A DNA stretch of 64,000 nucleotides from Gammaproteobacteria bacterium (GCA_024639325.1 JAHEIO010000009.1:14-64013), one strand, 5' to 3'; shown: positions 53,744 to 64,000, numbered from the stretch's first letter. Made by a program: numbers and translations. Notes: generated by a model not told the origin, from the letters alone.

Positions 53744-55108
53744 TCAGGGCGCCACCGCGGGCAGCCCGGCCAGCGCCATGGCCAACTCCGATTCGTCGTA
53801 GGGCTGATCATCGAGCTGTCCGGCCGCATAATCCATGTAAGCCTGCATGTCGAAATGACCGTGCCCGCATAGGTTGAACAGAATGGTCCTGCTTCTGCCT
53901 TCCTCCCGGCAACGAATGGCCTCGTCCAGAGTCGCTTTTATCGCGTGGTTGGCTTCCGGGGCGGGAATGATGCCCTCGGCTCTGGCGAACTGCAGGCCGG
54001 CTTCGAAGCATTCCACCTGCTGGTAGGCACGGGGTTCAATTTCCCCAAGCCGGGTCAGGTGGCTCACCATCGGGGCCATGCCGTGATAGCGCAGACCGCC
54101 CGCATGGAACCCCGGCGGGACGAACGACGCGCCAAGGGTATGCATTTTGACCAGTGGGGTAAGTTGCGCGGTATCGCCGAAGTCATAGGCGTACTTGCCG
54201 CGGGTAAGGGTGGGGCAGTTTGCCGGCTCGACCGCGATGATCTCCACCTCGCGGCCGTTGCGCAGTTTCTCACCGATGAACGGGAACGCGATACCCGCGA
54301 AATTGCTGCCGCCACCGGTACAGCCGATGACGATGTCCGGGTAGGTGTCCGCTTTTTCGAGCTGCAGCCAGGCCTCCTGTCCGATAACGGTCTGATGCAT
54401 GAGGACGTGATTGAGCACGCTGCCCAGCGCGTATTTGGTGTCGTCGGCCTGGGCGGCGCACTCCACCGCCTCGCTTATAGCGATGCCGAGGCTGCCCGTG
54501 CTGTCCGGGTGCTCCGCCAGTATTGCCCGTCCCGCGGCGGTCAACTCGCTCGGGCTGGCTATGCACTGTGCACCGAACGTCTCCATGAACGCACGTCGGT
54601 AAGGTTTCTGGTCGAAGCTGACGCGCACCATGAAGACCTCGATGTCGAGACCGAACATGCATCCCGCCAGAGCCAGTGACGAGCCCCATTGCCCCGCGCC
54701 GGTTTCGGTAACCATGCGTTTGACACCTTCTTCCTTGCAGTAGAACGCTTGCGCAACGGCGGTGTTGGGTTTGTGGCTGCCGGCCGGGCTGACCCCCTCG
54801 TACTTGTAGAATATCTTAGCCGGAGTATTCAGCTCCCTTTCGAGCCTGCGCGCACGGTACAGCGGCGTCGGCCGCCACTGTTTGAGCGCGTCGCGAACCG
54901 GTTGGGGAATTTCTATGTTTCGCTCGGTGCTGACCTCCTGCTCGATCACCGACATCGTAAACAGCGGCGCCAGGTCGTCAGGCCCGATCGGATCCCCGGT
55001 CCCCGGGTGCAGCACCGGCGGTGGCGGAACCGGCAAATCCGCGGCTATGTTGTACCAGAAGCGGGGGATCTCATTTTCTTCCAGTGTATATTTTATTTGT
55101 TCCTGCAT
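53744..55108 (-). CDS. TrpB-like PLP-dependent enzyme (tryptophan synthase beta-like, TrpB2 clade)
   Basis: Start taken at [11 protein letters not shown] (ATG 55108). [19 protein letters not shown] (PLP-Lys) and [11 protein letters not shown] motifs. Confidence 0.85.
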   Translation of the reverse strand: MQEQIKYTLEENEIPRFWYNIAADLPVPPPPVLHPGTGDPIGPDDLAPLFTMSVIEQEVSTERNIEIPQPVRDALKQWRPTPLYRARRLERELNTPAKIFYKYEGVSPAGSHKPNTAVAQAFYCKEEGVKRMVTETGAGQWGSSLALAGCMFGLDIEVFMVRVSFDQKPYRRAFMETFGAQCIASPSELTAAGRAILAEHPDSTGSLGIAISEAVECAAQADDTKYALGSVLNHVLMHQTVIGQEAWLQLEKADTYPDIVIGCTGGGSNFAGIAFPFIGEKLRNGREVEIIAVEPANCPTLTRGKYAYDFGDTAQLTPLVKMHTLGASFVPPGFHAGGLRYHGMAPMVSHLTRLGEIEPRAYQQVECFEAGLQFARAEGIIPAPEANHAIKATLDEAIRCREEGRSRTILFNLCGHGHFDMQAYMDYAAGQLDDQPYDESELAMALAGLPAVAP

Positions 55109-55251
55109 GGCGGAATAATTGACGCGTATTTGTTTGGTTTCTTCGGTACCGGTTCTCAAGTAAGAACCCTACCCATTGTAACCTCGCTTGGGGAATGGGC
55201 GTAGTCTATACGATACTGTATTGCGGGGACTACATTTGATATGCTGAACTC

Positions 55252-55539
55252 ATGCGTCATTGGTGTAGCCGGTCCGGGGTAGCGATATGGGCCTCCTGTC
55301 TGGTGCCCAATCATATTCACCTGATTGCGTGTCCCGGCGATGCGAAAGGTTTGAGCAAAGCAATCGGTGGGGCGCACCGTCGCTACACGTGTGCAATAAA
55401 TTTACGAGAAGATTGGCGCGGCTATTTGTGGCAAGGGCGATTCGCTTCCATTCCCATCGACGAAATGTACTTATTGACGTCGGTGCGCTGCGTGGAGTCA
55501 AACCCTGTTCGCGCGGGGTTGGGTGCATCCGCAATCTAA
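55252..55539 (+). pseudogene. IS200-like / REP-associated tyrosine transposase (Y1) fragment
   Basis: ASCLVPNHIHLIACP (HUH region), RGYLWQGRFASIPI and VESNPVRAGL match the middle of Y1 transposases. About 55 N-terminal residues and the C-terminal end are missing. Confidence 0.65.
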
Positions 55540-55807
55540 AAAAACAGAAACCGGGAACGAAAGTTTACGCGAGTTAAGTATGGTATCCCCATAATTGCGG
55601 TGGCTTTGTCGATGTGGACCCTGTATGGTCGCGCCACCTCCCGAGTGGGAGCTATACGTTCTGACCTTTCACGTGTTTTTTCATCATCCGTTATCTGGTT
55701 AGCAGCGTCACGTGGATACCGGGGAAAAGCCGGTTCTACGATCCGAGTGAGCCAGATCCGGTGATGCCACAGCGCATCCCGCCGAAGTTCGTTTTAGTTA
55801 CCTTTCA

Positions 55808-56368
55808 ATGAATTCGCCGAATAAGTCCATTCAACGGCACATCCATCATGCGGACAGTGTGTCGCACCAGCATCAACTGCTGCATCACCACCTGGGCAAC
55901 GTGGACGTAACCCAGGCACTCATCTTCACCGCCACAAAACGCGCCGCCGAAAAGCTGGCAAAGAACCTGAGGGCGCAGAAGCACACGAGTGCCGCACTGC
56001 ACGGTGATATGAGCCAGAGCAAGCGTAAACGGACCGTAGAAAACATGCGCCAGGGCAAGCTTCGATTGCCGGTGGCAACCGAGGTTGCCGCGCGCGGCCT
56101 TGATATCAAAGGCATCAGTCATGTGATCAACTTCGATATCCCCATGGCGGCCGAGGACTATATGCATCGCATCGGGCGAACCGGCCGCGCAGGCGGCAAG
56201 GGCAATGCGATCTCTCTGGTGGGGCCGGGTGACTGGGATAAACTCGGCAGGGTCGAGCGCCTTACCGGGCAAAAGATCAAACGAAGTGTCGTGGAGGGCC
56301 TGGAACCCGACACCTCGGAGCCGCGACTCAAACGTAGCGGGAGCGCGGGTCCTAGATCCGGAAATTGA
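55808..56368 (+). pseudogene. DEAD-box RNA helicase C-terminal domain fragment (RhlE-like)
   Basis: ALIFTATKRAAEKLAKNL...AALHGDMSQSKR...ATEVAARGLDI..ISHVINFDIP...YMHRIGRTGRAG are helicase motifs IV-VI. The whole N-terminal DEAD domain (motifs Q, I-III) is absent upstream. Confidence 0.7.
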
Positions 56369-56702
56369 GGGAAAAGCGTGCCGCGGTGCCGTGGAAAGAG
56401 GAGTAGCAGCGGTCGAGGGTTCGCGTCCGGGCATGAAGCGCGGCCTGCTCAACGCGTCAGTCGAAGAACTCGGTCTGCGAGGAAAAACGCGAGCCGAACC
56501 GGGGGCGCGCTTCACAGATAGTCGATGTTCGAAACGGTGGGCGACCAGGGCGCCTACCGGCCGATACAAGACTGTTGCCGTGAGTGCCGGACGTCGCCGG
56601 GCCGCGGGTGACCGGGCGATCGATTTCACGGATAATCCCGGCTAACCTCGAATTGACGCGGCTGCATATTGCCGTTGCGGAGAGCGAATTGAGACCGTTC
56701 GA

Positions 56703-58604
56703 TTGATCGATAAGATTTTCAATTGGCTGGAAAACCTAAGCGATCCATTTCCGGTCGAACCGCCGGAAAAGCCGCCGGATACGCTCCTGGGCTTCCTGGT
56801 TCACTACTCTTGGCCGTTCTGGCCCCTGCTGCTCATGGTGTCGGTATTCGCAACGATCGTTGCCATCGTTGAGGTCGGCCTGTTTGCATTCGTCGGCAAC
56901 CTGGTGGACTGGCTGGTAGCGTCCGATCGGGCGTCCTTCTGGTCGGAGCACAAATATTATCTCATCGGCATGAGTGTGCTGGTACTGATCGTACTTCCGA
57001 TATTGAAATTCGGCTACGAATCCGTCGTTCACCAGGGACTGCTGGGCAACTTTGCCATGCGCACGCGGTGGCAGGCGCACCGTTACCTGCTGAGGCAAAG
57101 CGTGGAGTTCTTTCAGGACGATTTTGCCGGCCGGGTGGCCACCAAGATGATGCAGACGGCGCTGGCGGTGCGGGAAGTCGTCATGAAACTGACCGAGGTG
57201 CTGGTTTATATCGGCGTGTACTTCACGGCCGCGCTGGTGTTATTTGCATCGAGTGACCTCAGGCTTTCCGCGCCGATGATCCTCTGGCTGGCAGGCTATT
57301 TGATTGCCCTGCGGTACTTCATACCTCGCCTGCGCGCCGTCTCGATGGCGCAGGCGGAGGCGCGCTCGGCCGTAACCGGCCGCGTGGTCGACAGCTACAC
57401 CAATATCGGTACGGTAAAGATGTTCGCCCACGCCGCTCACGAGGACGAATACGCCCGCGCGAGCATGGGTGCTTTTCTCGACAACGTCTATCTGCAGATG
57501 CGTTTGTCCACGCTGTTGACCGCCGCATTGAACTGGCTCAACGCCGCCCTGCTCTTTTCGGTGGCCGCGATGTCGATCTGGCTGTGGCACCTCGGCACGA
57601 TCACGACCGGGGCCATCGCGTTTGCCGTGGGGCTGGTGTTGAGGCTGCAGGGGATGTCTCAGTGGATACTGTGGGAGATCTACGCGCTGTTCGAGAATAT
57701 CGGAGTGGTGCAGGACGGCATCCAAACCCTAGCCCGCGACAGAAAGATCGTGGACGTTCCGAATGCCCCGGTGCTGCACGTGCGCGAGGGGACTATCCGC
57801 TACGATGCAATCCATTTCAACTACGGCAAGGTCAGGACGGATATCGCCTCCGGCGTGATCGACGATTTCTCGTTCACGATTCAAGCCGGGGAGAAGATCG
57901 GGTTGGTGGGGCGATCCGGTTCGGGCAAGTCCACGCTGGTCAGCCTGCTACTTCGTTTCTACGACCTGGAGGCAGGCAGAATTCTCATCGACGATCAGGA
58001 TATCTCAAGGGTGCAGCAGGACAGCCTCCGTTCCGAGATCGGCATGGTTACCCAGGACACCTCCCTGATGCATCGCTCGGTCATCGACAACATTCGCTAT
58101 GGCCGCAGTGACGCGACGATGGAAGAAGTGATCGCCGCCGCGAAAAAGGCCCATGCCCACGAATTCATCGTCGGCCTGGAGGATGCCATGGAGAGAACCG
58201 GCTATGAGGCGCATGTCGGCGAGCGCGGCGTGAAGCTGTCGGGCGGGCAGCGGCAACGCATCGCCATAGCGCGCGTGCTTTTGAAAAACGCACCCATCCT
58301 GGTTCTGGACGAGGCCACCAGCGCCCTTGATTCGGAGGTCGAGGCCGCCATTCAGGAGAATCTCTACAGCCTGATGCAGAACAAGACCGTCATTGCCATC
58401 GCCCACAGGTTGTCGACCATCGCGGCCATGGACCGACTGGTGGTCATGGACGCCGGAAAGCTCGTGGAGCAAGGGTCGCACGAGGAACTGCTCAGGCACC
58501 GCGGCCACTATGCCAATCTGTGGGCACATCAGTCCGGCGGTTTTCTCACCGAGCAGGCGTTCGATGGACCAATTGCGAACCGCATCGACGTGCCCGCGAC
58601 CTGA
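56703..58604 (+). CDS. ABC transporter permease/ATP-binding fusion protein (exporter type)
   Basis: 633 aa: an N-terminal 6-TM domain, then Walker A GRSGSGKST, signature LSGGQRQR and Walker B ILVLDEATS. TTG start. Confidence 0.85.
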   Translation: MIDKIFNWLENLSDPFPVEPPEKPPDTLLGFLVHYSWPFWPLLLMVSVFATIVAIVEVGLFAFVGNLVDWLVASDRASFWSEHKYYLIGMSVLVLIVLPILKFGYESVVHQGLLGNFAMRTRWQAHRYLLRQSVEFFQDDFAGRVATKMMQTALAVREVVMKLTEVLVYIGVYFTAALVLFASSDLRLSAPMILWLAGYLIALRYFIPRLRAVSMAQAEARSAVTGRVVDSYTNIGTVKMFAHAAHEDEYARASMGAFLDNVYLQMRLSTLLTAALNWLNAALLFSVAAMSIWLWHLGTITTGAIAFAVGLVLRLQGMSQWILWEIYALFENIGVVQDGIQTLARDRKIVDVPNAPVLHVREGTIRYDAIHFNYGKVRTDIASGVIDDFSFTIQAGEKIGLVGRSGSGKSTLVSLLLRFYDLEAGRILIDDQDISRVQQDSLRSEIGMVTQDTSLMHRSVIDNIRYGRSDATMEEVIAAAKKAHAHEFIVGLEDAMERTGYEAHVGERGVKLSGGQRQRIAIARVLLKNAPILVLDEATSALDSEVEAAIQENLYSLMQNKTVIAIAHRLSTIAAMDRLVVMDAGKLVEQGSHEELLRHRGHYANLWAHQSGGFLTEQAFDGPIANRIDVPAT

Positions 58605-58899
58605 AGGCGTTGGACTCCAGCCAAAGTACGGCTCTTCGTGAAAGTATGAGCCTTCGTGTTGTTACCGGCTGATATATGTTGAATAATCCACCACTAATTA
58701 AGGACCCGTTGACTGCCGGTTCGAACGGATTAACAATAATTCGGGGAAGATGCCGATCAACGCGAGGCCAAGTCATTGCGAACGAAGTGAAGCAATCCAG
58801 TGTCGCTGGAATTCCGTCGCGCATGGAGTGCGACGTCGCTCCGCTCCTCACAATGACCAACCATATCAGAACAAACCAGAGTTTTCGTAGATAAGCTAA

Positions 58900-60150
58900 G
58901 TGCAGTACTCCGCTTTTTCCATTTTTTGGCAGGGCCTCAAAGGCCACACGGGCTGGAAACCCATGTGGCGAGATCCCGAACCCCGACGGGAATACGACAT
59001 CATTATTATCGGAGGAGGCGGCCACGGCCTCTCCACGGCGTACTATCTCGCCCGCGAGCACGGACTGACCAACATCGCCGTGCTGGAGAAGGGCTGGATA
59101 GGCAGCGGCAATGTCGGACGCAACACCACCATCATCCGTTCGAACTACATGCTGCCGCCGAACACCCACTTCTACGAGAAGTCGATGCAGCTGTGGGAGG
59201 GCCTTGAGCAGGACTTCAACTTCAACGCCATGGTCAGCCAGCGCGGCGTGATCAATCTGTTTCATTCCGATCCCCAGCGCGATGCGTTCGCACGCCGGGG
59301 CAACGCCATGCGGCTGGCCGGTATCGACGCCGAACTGCTGGATCCGGATCAGCTGCGCGAGCTGGTGCCCGTACTGGATTTCGACAACGCCCGATTTCCG
59401 ATCCAGGGCGGACTGATGCAGCGGCGCGGCGGCACCGTTCGGCATGATGCGGTGGCGTGGGGCTACGCCAGAGGTGCGGACAGCCGGGGTGTGGACATTA
59501 TCCAGAATTGCGAGGTCATGGACATCCGCGTGGAGGGCGGCAGGGCGGTGGGCGTGGAAACTTCCCGGGGATATTTCGCGGCCAAGAAAATCGGCATCGC
59601 GGTTGCCGGCCACACTTCCCGCCTCGCTCAAATGGCCGGCATCGAACTGCCCATCGAGAGCCACGTGTTGCAGGCCTTCGTCAGCGAGGGGATCAAGCCC
59701 CTCATCGACACCGTGGTCACCTTCGGCGCCGGGCATTTCTATATTTCGCAATCCGATAAGGGCGGGCTCGTTTTCGGCGGTGATCTCGACGGCTACAACT
59801 CCTACGCCCAGCGCGGCAACCTGCCGATGATGGAACACGTGATGGCGGGCGGCATGGCCGTCATGCCCGCTATCGGACGGTTGCGGATGCTGCGCCACTG
59901 GGGCGGCATCATGGACATGAGTTTCGACGGCAGCCCGTTTATCTGCAAGACCGGCATAGAAGGGCTTTATCTCAACGGCGGGTGGTGCTACGGCGGATTC
60001 AAGGCGACGCCGGCATCCGGCTGGTGCTTCGCCCACACCATAGCCCGGGACGAACCACACCCTCTCAACGCCGACTTCACCATCGACCGCTTCGAAAAGG
60101 GTCGCATGCTCGACGAGAAGGGCGTCGGGCCGAATCCCTGGATCCAGTAG
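58900..60150 (+). CDS. soxB: sarcosine oxidase subunit beta
   Basis: W.PMWRDPEPRREYDIIIIGGGGHGLSTAYYLAREHG.TN.AVLEKGW.G.GN.GRNTTIIRSNY is collinear with heterotetrameric SoxB. GTG start. Confidence 0.9.
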   Translation: MQYSAFSIFWQGLKGHTGWKPMWRDPEPRREYDIIIIGGGGHGLSTAYYLAREHGLTNIAVLEKGWIGSGNVGRNTTIIRSNYMLPPNTHFYEKSMQLWEGLEQDFNFNAMVSQRGVINLFHSDPQRDAFARRGNAMRLAGIDAELLDPDQLRELVPVLDFDNARFPIQGGLMQRRGGTVRHDAVAWGYARGADSRGVDIIQNCEVMDIRVEGGRAVGVETSRGYFAAKKIGIAVAGHTSRLAQMAGIELPIESHVLQAFVSEGIKPLIDTVVTFGAGHFYISQSDKGGLVFGGDLDGYNSYAQRGNLPMMEHVMAGGMAVMPAIGRLRMLRHWGGIMDMSFDGSPFICKTGIEGLYLNGGWCYGGFKATPASGWCFAHTIARDEPHPLNADFTIDRFEKGRMLDEKGVGPNPWIQ

Positions 60151-60158
60151 GAGTCATC

Positions 60159-60443
60159 GTGCACAGGATCAACTGCCCCTGGTGCGGCACGCGGGACGAA
60201 GCCGAGTTTCAATACCAGGGCGATGCCACGGTGAAGCGACCCGATGCGGACGCGCCGGAGCAGGACTTTTTTCGCTACGTGTATATCCGTGGCAATCCCA
60301 AAGGCTGGCACACGGAGTGGTGGCATCACATTGGCGGCTGTCGGCAATGGGTCAAAGTCGTGCGCAACACGCTGACCCACGAGATCGCCGCCTGCGGAGG
60401 ACCTCATGACGATCTCGAGGTCCCGGGCGGGGAGGGCGGATGA
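60159..60443 (+). CDS. soxD: sarcosine oxidase subunit delta
   Basis: GTG 60159 preceded by AGGAG. INCPWCGTRDEAEF...GD zinc-ribbon-like N-terminus and a length of ~94 aa, typical of SoxD. Confidence 0.85.
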   Translation: MHRINCPWCGTRDEAEFQYQGDATVKRPDADAPEQDFFRYVYIRGNPKGWHTEWWHHIGGCRQWVKVVRNTLTHEIAACGGPHDDLEVPGGEGG

Positions 60444-63418
60444 GCACGCAGATCAATCGACTCGCTACGGGCGGCCTCATCGAAAGAGGCAGGCCTGTCG
60501 GGTTCAGTTTCGACGGCAAAACCTATTCCGGCTATGCCGGCGACTCGCTCGCCTCGGCGCTGCTCGCCAACGGCATCGCACTCCTGGGGCGGAGCTTCAA
60601 ATATCACCGTCCCCGCGGCGTGCTTTGCGCCGGGTCCGAAGAACCGAACGCGCTGGTCGAGCTGAGGACGGGTCCGCGCCGGGAGCCGAACACCCGCGCC
60701 ACCATGGTGGAGATCTTCGAGGGACTGGAGGCGCGGAGCCAGAACCGGTATCCATCGCTCAAAGTCGATCTGGCGTCCGCCAATCAGCTGTTCGGAAGAT
60801 TTTTCACTACGGGGTTCTACTACAAGACCTTTATGTGGCCCCCGTCGTTCTGGGAGTCGGTTTACGAGAAGCTGATCCGCCGCTCCGCCGGATTGGGCAG
60901 GGCGGCCGTCGATCCGGACCCCGACCTCTACGAGCACGGGCACGCGCATTGCGACGTGCTCGTCGTTGGCGGCGGCCCCGCCGGTCTGGCGGCGGCCCTG
61001 GCGGCGGCGGAGACGGGCGCGCGGGTGCTGGTCGCCGAGGAAATGCCGCACTTGGGCGGCAACCTGTTACTGCACAGCGAGGTGATAAACGGTGTTCCGG
61101 CTTCGGACTGGGTGCGGCAGGCCGTGGAGTCCTTGTCGGCCATGGCGGATGTCACGCTCATGAGGCGCACTACCGTGACGGGTTACTACGACCACAATGT
61201 GCTGGTCGCCCTTGAACGTGCGAACGATCACGTGGCCGTGCCGCCGGCGCACCAGCCGCGCCAGCGGCTATGGACGATCCGCGCCGGTGAAGTGGTGTTG
61301 GCAACGGGCGCGCACGAACGTCCGATGGTGTTCGACGACAACGACAAACCGGGCATCATGCTGTCTTCCGCGGTACGACGCTACGTCGATCGATATGCCG
61401 TCGCACCGGGTCGGCGCTTCGCGATCTGCACCAACAACGACGACGCCTACAAAACCGCCATGCTGCTTAAGAAGCACGGTTTGCGCGTCCCGGTCATCGC
61501 GGATGTTCGACTCGATCCGGGCCCGGTGGCGGAGGCGGCCCGCGCGGAGGGCATCCGGGTCGAGACCGGTATGCTGCCGATGAAGGCGCACGGACATCAT
61601 CGCGTCGCCGCACTGTCTCTCCAGCGGCCGAGCGGATTGTTTGCCGAAAAAGTCGAATGCGACTGCGTCGCGGTGTCCGGCGGTTACTCGCCCAATGTGC
61701 ACCTGGCCAGTCAGACCGGCGCGTCCCCGATATGGCGCGAGGACATCCAGGGATTCGTGCCGGATGCCCCGATTCGCCGGGAGCGCTCCGCGGGGGCCGG
61801 CCGCGGTACCTTCGATCTTTCCGGGTGTCTGAATGAAGGCCACGTTGCCGGCCTGGACGCGGCGGAGGATGCGGGCTTCGAAGCGTCGGACTCGAGCGCT
61901 GCACCGGCGGCCGACCCGGAAACGAGCACACCGATCGAGGCCATGTGGCGCGCCCCCGGCACGGGCAAGGCCTTCGTTGATTTTCAGAACGACGTCACCG
62001 CGCAGGATATCCACCAGGCCCGGCAGGAGGGCTACGTGTCCGTGGAGCACACCAAGCGATACACGACCCTCGGCATGGCCACGGACCAGGGCAAGACTTC
62101 GAACGTCAACGGTATGGCGCTGCTGGCCATGGCGCGCGGGCAGGCAATCCGTTCGGTTGGTACGACGCGGTTACGGCCGCCGTATTCACCGGTCGCGATC
62201 GGCGCCTTTGCCGGCCACGAGCGCGGCAAGACATATCAACCGGTGCGCCGCAGCGCCATGCACGCCTGCCACGAGAGGCTGGGCGCGACGTTCGTTGAGG
62301 CCGGCCAGTGGCTGCGGCCCCAGTACTACCCGCGTCCGGGCGAGGACATCATGGCGGCGATATGGCGCGAGACCGATCAGGTGCGCAAGACCGTCGGCAT
62401 GTGCGACGTGTCCACGCTGGGCAAGATCGACATCTTCGGCAGCGACGCCGGGGAATTCCTCAACCGGGTCTATATCAACGGCTGGAAGCTGCTGCCGGTC
62501 GGCAAGGCCCGCTACGGTCTGATGCTGCGTGAAGACGGGTACGTATTCGACGACGGCACGACCTCGCGGCTGGCCGAAGATCACTATTTCATGACGACCA
62601 CGACGGCCAACGCGGCCAGGGTGCTGGCGCACCTGGAGCACGCATCGCAGGTGCTGTGGCCCGATCTGGAGGTGCATTTCTGCTCGGCTACCGAGCAGTG
62701 GTGCGGGGTGGCGGTTGCGGGACCGAACTCGCGTAACGTGCTGGCGGACGCGTTCGACGGCGCCGTCGAAATTTCCGGCGAAGCGCTGCCTTTCATGGGC
62801 GTCAGGGAATTCGACTGGAACGATGCCCGCGCCCGCATATTCCGCATCAGCTTTTCCGGAGAACTGGCCTACGAGGTCAACGTGCCCTGGCGCTTTGGCG
62901 AATCCATGTGGCAATCGATCTACAACGCCGGTGTGCCCCACGGCCTCATTCCCTACGGTACGGAAGCGCTGGGCGTGCTGCGCATAGAAAAGGGACACGT
63001 CGCCGGCAACGAACTCGACGGCCGCACCACCGCAGCCGACATGGGCCTGGGGCGAATGATGTCCAACAAAAAGCACTTCATCGGATTGCCGCTGTCCCAG
63101 CGAGAGGGCATGGTCGATCCGGATCGTCCCGCACTGGCGGGCTTCAGGATGGTCGGCGCCGAGGGGCGTTTGCGCGGCGGCGCTCACCTGGTCGAAGACC
63201 CGGAAAAAGCGAGTACGGAAACCAGCCTGGGCTGGATCACCTCGGTGGGCGACAGCCCGGCGGTGGGTACCTGGATCGGTCTCGGCTACGTCAAGGGCGG
63301 TCTGTCCCGCAAGGGCGAGCGGCTCTACGCCGTTTACCCACTGAAGGATGAAGCGGTGGAGGTGGAAGTCTGCCATCCGGTATTCGTCGATCCCGACGGG
63401 GAGCGGCTGCGTGTCTGA
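60440..63418 (+). CDS. soxA: sarcosine oxidase subunit alpha
   Basis: 992 aa. F.FDGK.Y.GY.GD.LASALLANG, CDVLVVGGGPAGLAAA, and a C-terminal aminomethyltransferase (GcvT-like) folate-binding domain. ATGA overlap with soxD. Confidence 0.9.
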   Translation: MSTQINRLATGGLIERGRPVGFSFDGKTYSGYAGDSLASALLANGIALLGRSFKYHRPRGVLCAGSEEPNALVELRTGPRREPNTRATMVEIFEGLEARSQNRYPSLKVDLASANQLFGRFFTTGFYYKTFMWPPSFWESVYEKLIRRSAGLGRAAVDPDPDLYEHGHAHCDVLVVGGGPAGLAAALAAAETGARVLVAEEMPHLGGNLLLHSEVINGVPASDWVRQAVESLSAMADVTLMRRTTVTGYYDHNVLVALERANDHVAVPPAHQPRQRLWTIRAGEVVLATGAHERPMVFDDNDKPGIMLSSAVRRYVDRYAVAPGRRFAICTNNDDAYKTAMLLKKHGLRVPVIADVRLDPGPVAEAARAEGIRVETGMLPMKAHGHHRVAALSLQRPSGLFAEKVECDCVAVSGGYSPNVHLASQTGASPIWREDIQGFVPDAPIRRERSAGAGRGTFDLSGCLNEGHVAGLDAAEDAGFEASDSSAAPAADPETSTPIEAMWRAPGTGKAFVDFQNDVTAQDIHQARQEGYVSVEHTKRYTTLGMATDQGKTSNVNGMALLAMARGQAIRSVGTTRLRPPYSPVAIGAFAGHERGKTYQPVRRSAMHACHERLGATFVEAGQWLRPQYYPRPGEDIMAAIWRETDQVRKTVGMCDVSTLGKIDIFGSDAGEFLNRVYINGWKLLPVGKARYGLMLREDGYVFDDGTTSRLAEDHYFMTTTTANAARVLAHLEHASQVLWPDLEVHFCSATEQWCGVAVAGPNSRNVLADAFDGAVEISGEALPFMGVREFDWNDARARIFRISFSGELAYEVNVPWRFGESMWQSIYNAGVPHGLIPYGTEALGVLRIEKGHVAGNELDGRTTAADMGLGRMMSNKKHFIGLPLSQREGMVDPDRPALAGFRMVGAEGRLRGGAHLVEDPEKASTETSLGWITSVGDSPAVGTWIGLGYVKGGLSRKGERLYAVYPLKDEAVEVEVCHPVFVDPDGERLRV

Positions 63419-63983
63419 TTCGTCATCGACTTTCGATGCGGTCTTTCCGCTGGATGGCTTCGCGGAGCCGAAGTCCTCGGAGCAGATCGAGGTGTCGGTC
63501 GTTCCGGGCCTGACATTCGTACAGCTGTTTGCAAGAAATGGCAAAGCGTCGAAAGTGTGCAAACGGCTCGATATCAGCGGCAAGCCCGGACGCGCGACCG
63601 TGCAGAAGGAATTCACCGCGATGCCGCTGTCGTCGGGGCACTGGATGCTCGTATCCGGGGAATCGACACACAAAGGCGGCCTCGCCGCTAATGTTGCCGC
63701 CCGTGTCGAAGACCGGGGTTATGTGTCCGAGCAGGGGGATTCCCGGGTCTGCGTCCGGTTGCGCGGTCCAAAGGCACGCCGTGTGATGGCCAAGGGCTGC
63801 CGGCTCGATCTGCATCCTGATGCATTCAAGGCCGGATTTTGTGCCCAGACCGTCATGGCGCAGGTGGGTGTTATCCTTCACCAGGTCGATGAAACACCGA
63901 CTTACGATTTGCTGGTTTACTCGGGCTTTGCCCGATCATTCTGGCAGTGGATCTCGGAGGCGGCCGCCGAGTTTGCGGACTGA
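63411..63983 (+). CDS. soxG: sarcosine oxidase subunit gamma
   Basis: GTG 63411 overlaps the soxA stop. About 190 aa. The position and size fit SoxG. Sequence similarity is judged only loosely. Confidence 0.7.
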   Translation: MSDSSSTFDAVFPLDGFAEPKSSEQIEVSVVPGLTFVQLFARNGKASKVCKRLDISGKPGRATVQKEFTAMPLSSGHWMLVSGESTHKGGLAANVAARVEDRGYVSEQGDSRVCVRLRGPKARRVMAKGCRLDLHPDAFKAGFCAQTVMAQVGVILHQVDETPTYDLLVYSGFARSFWQWISEAAAEFAD

Positions 63984-64000
63984 CTTACATAAAGGGGACA

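Noticed and set aside
58546-60060. 504-aa ORF antisense to soxB.
   Set aside because: It lies entirely opposite a gene with a strong family match. Its composition (Arg/Ala/Gly/His-rich, no motifs) is typical of shadow ORFs in GC-rich DNA.
62186-63673. 495-aa ORF antisense to soxA/soxG.
   Set aside because: Same reasoning: it is a shadow of a well-supported gene, and I recognise no domain signature.
1-64000. CRISPR arrays, tRNA/rRNA genes, intact insertion sequences, prophage or integrase genes.
   Set aside because: None were recognised on visual inspection of the intergenic regions. Only short hairpins, one 15-bp tandem repeat and two mobile/decayed fragments were found. A tRNAscan, Infernal or CRISPR-finder run would be the proper check.

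Overview
This is a 64-kb GC-rich bacterial chromosomal window, densely coding on both strands with about 58 protein genes. I recognised no rRNA, tRNA, CRISPR array or intact IS by eye. The gene content (FimV-like landmark protein, SoxBDAG, Dpp-type and Pot-type ABC importers, PaaG/PaaH) suggests a proteobacterium, probably an environmental gammaproteobacterium. That taxon call is inference only. The recurring theme is import and oxidation of amines and other small N-compounds.

Main result: 33.7-48.2 kb carries a complete metabolosome-type bacterial microcompartment (BMC) locus. In order it holds:
- a divergent AraC-family regulator;
- a 4-gene Pot-like ABC importer;
- an SDR dehydrogenase, an APH-fold kinase and a class-III aminotransferase-fold enzyme;
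- an acylating aldehyde dehydrogenase with a C-terminal encapsulation-peptide-like helix;
- two paralogous tandem-BMC (BMC-T) proteins, one BMC-H and one BMC-P;
- an uncharacterised 149-aa protein with an N-terminal encapsulation-like helix;
- a translationally coupled cysteine hydrolase and an MFS transporter.

The enzyme set matches the actinobacterial RMM (aminoacetone / 1-amino-2-propanol) microcompartment, but the genomic context, transporter and accessory genes differ. Paired TGTCAA direct repeats spaced 20-21 bp mark two putative regulated promoters inside the locus.

Other content:
- a truncated low-GC RHS fragment;
- a Cas4-like nuclease next to two stand-alone cNMP-binding proteins;
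- a PaaK-like ligase / crotonase / Dpp-like ABC operon;
- a tightly coupled paaG-paaH-FAH remnant-CmcJ-like unit;
- an opine-oxidase/HcnABC/LhpBEF-like three-subunit flavoenzyme flanked by Fe(II)/2OG-type dioxygenases;
- a PhyH-rhomboid-4x rhodanese operon;
- a DUF4198/HupE metal-uptake pair;
- a decay zone with IS200/RAYT-like and DEAD-box helicase fragments;
- a soxBDAG operon.

All functional calls rest on motifs read by eye and on memory of protein families. No database search was run.
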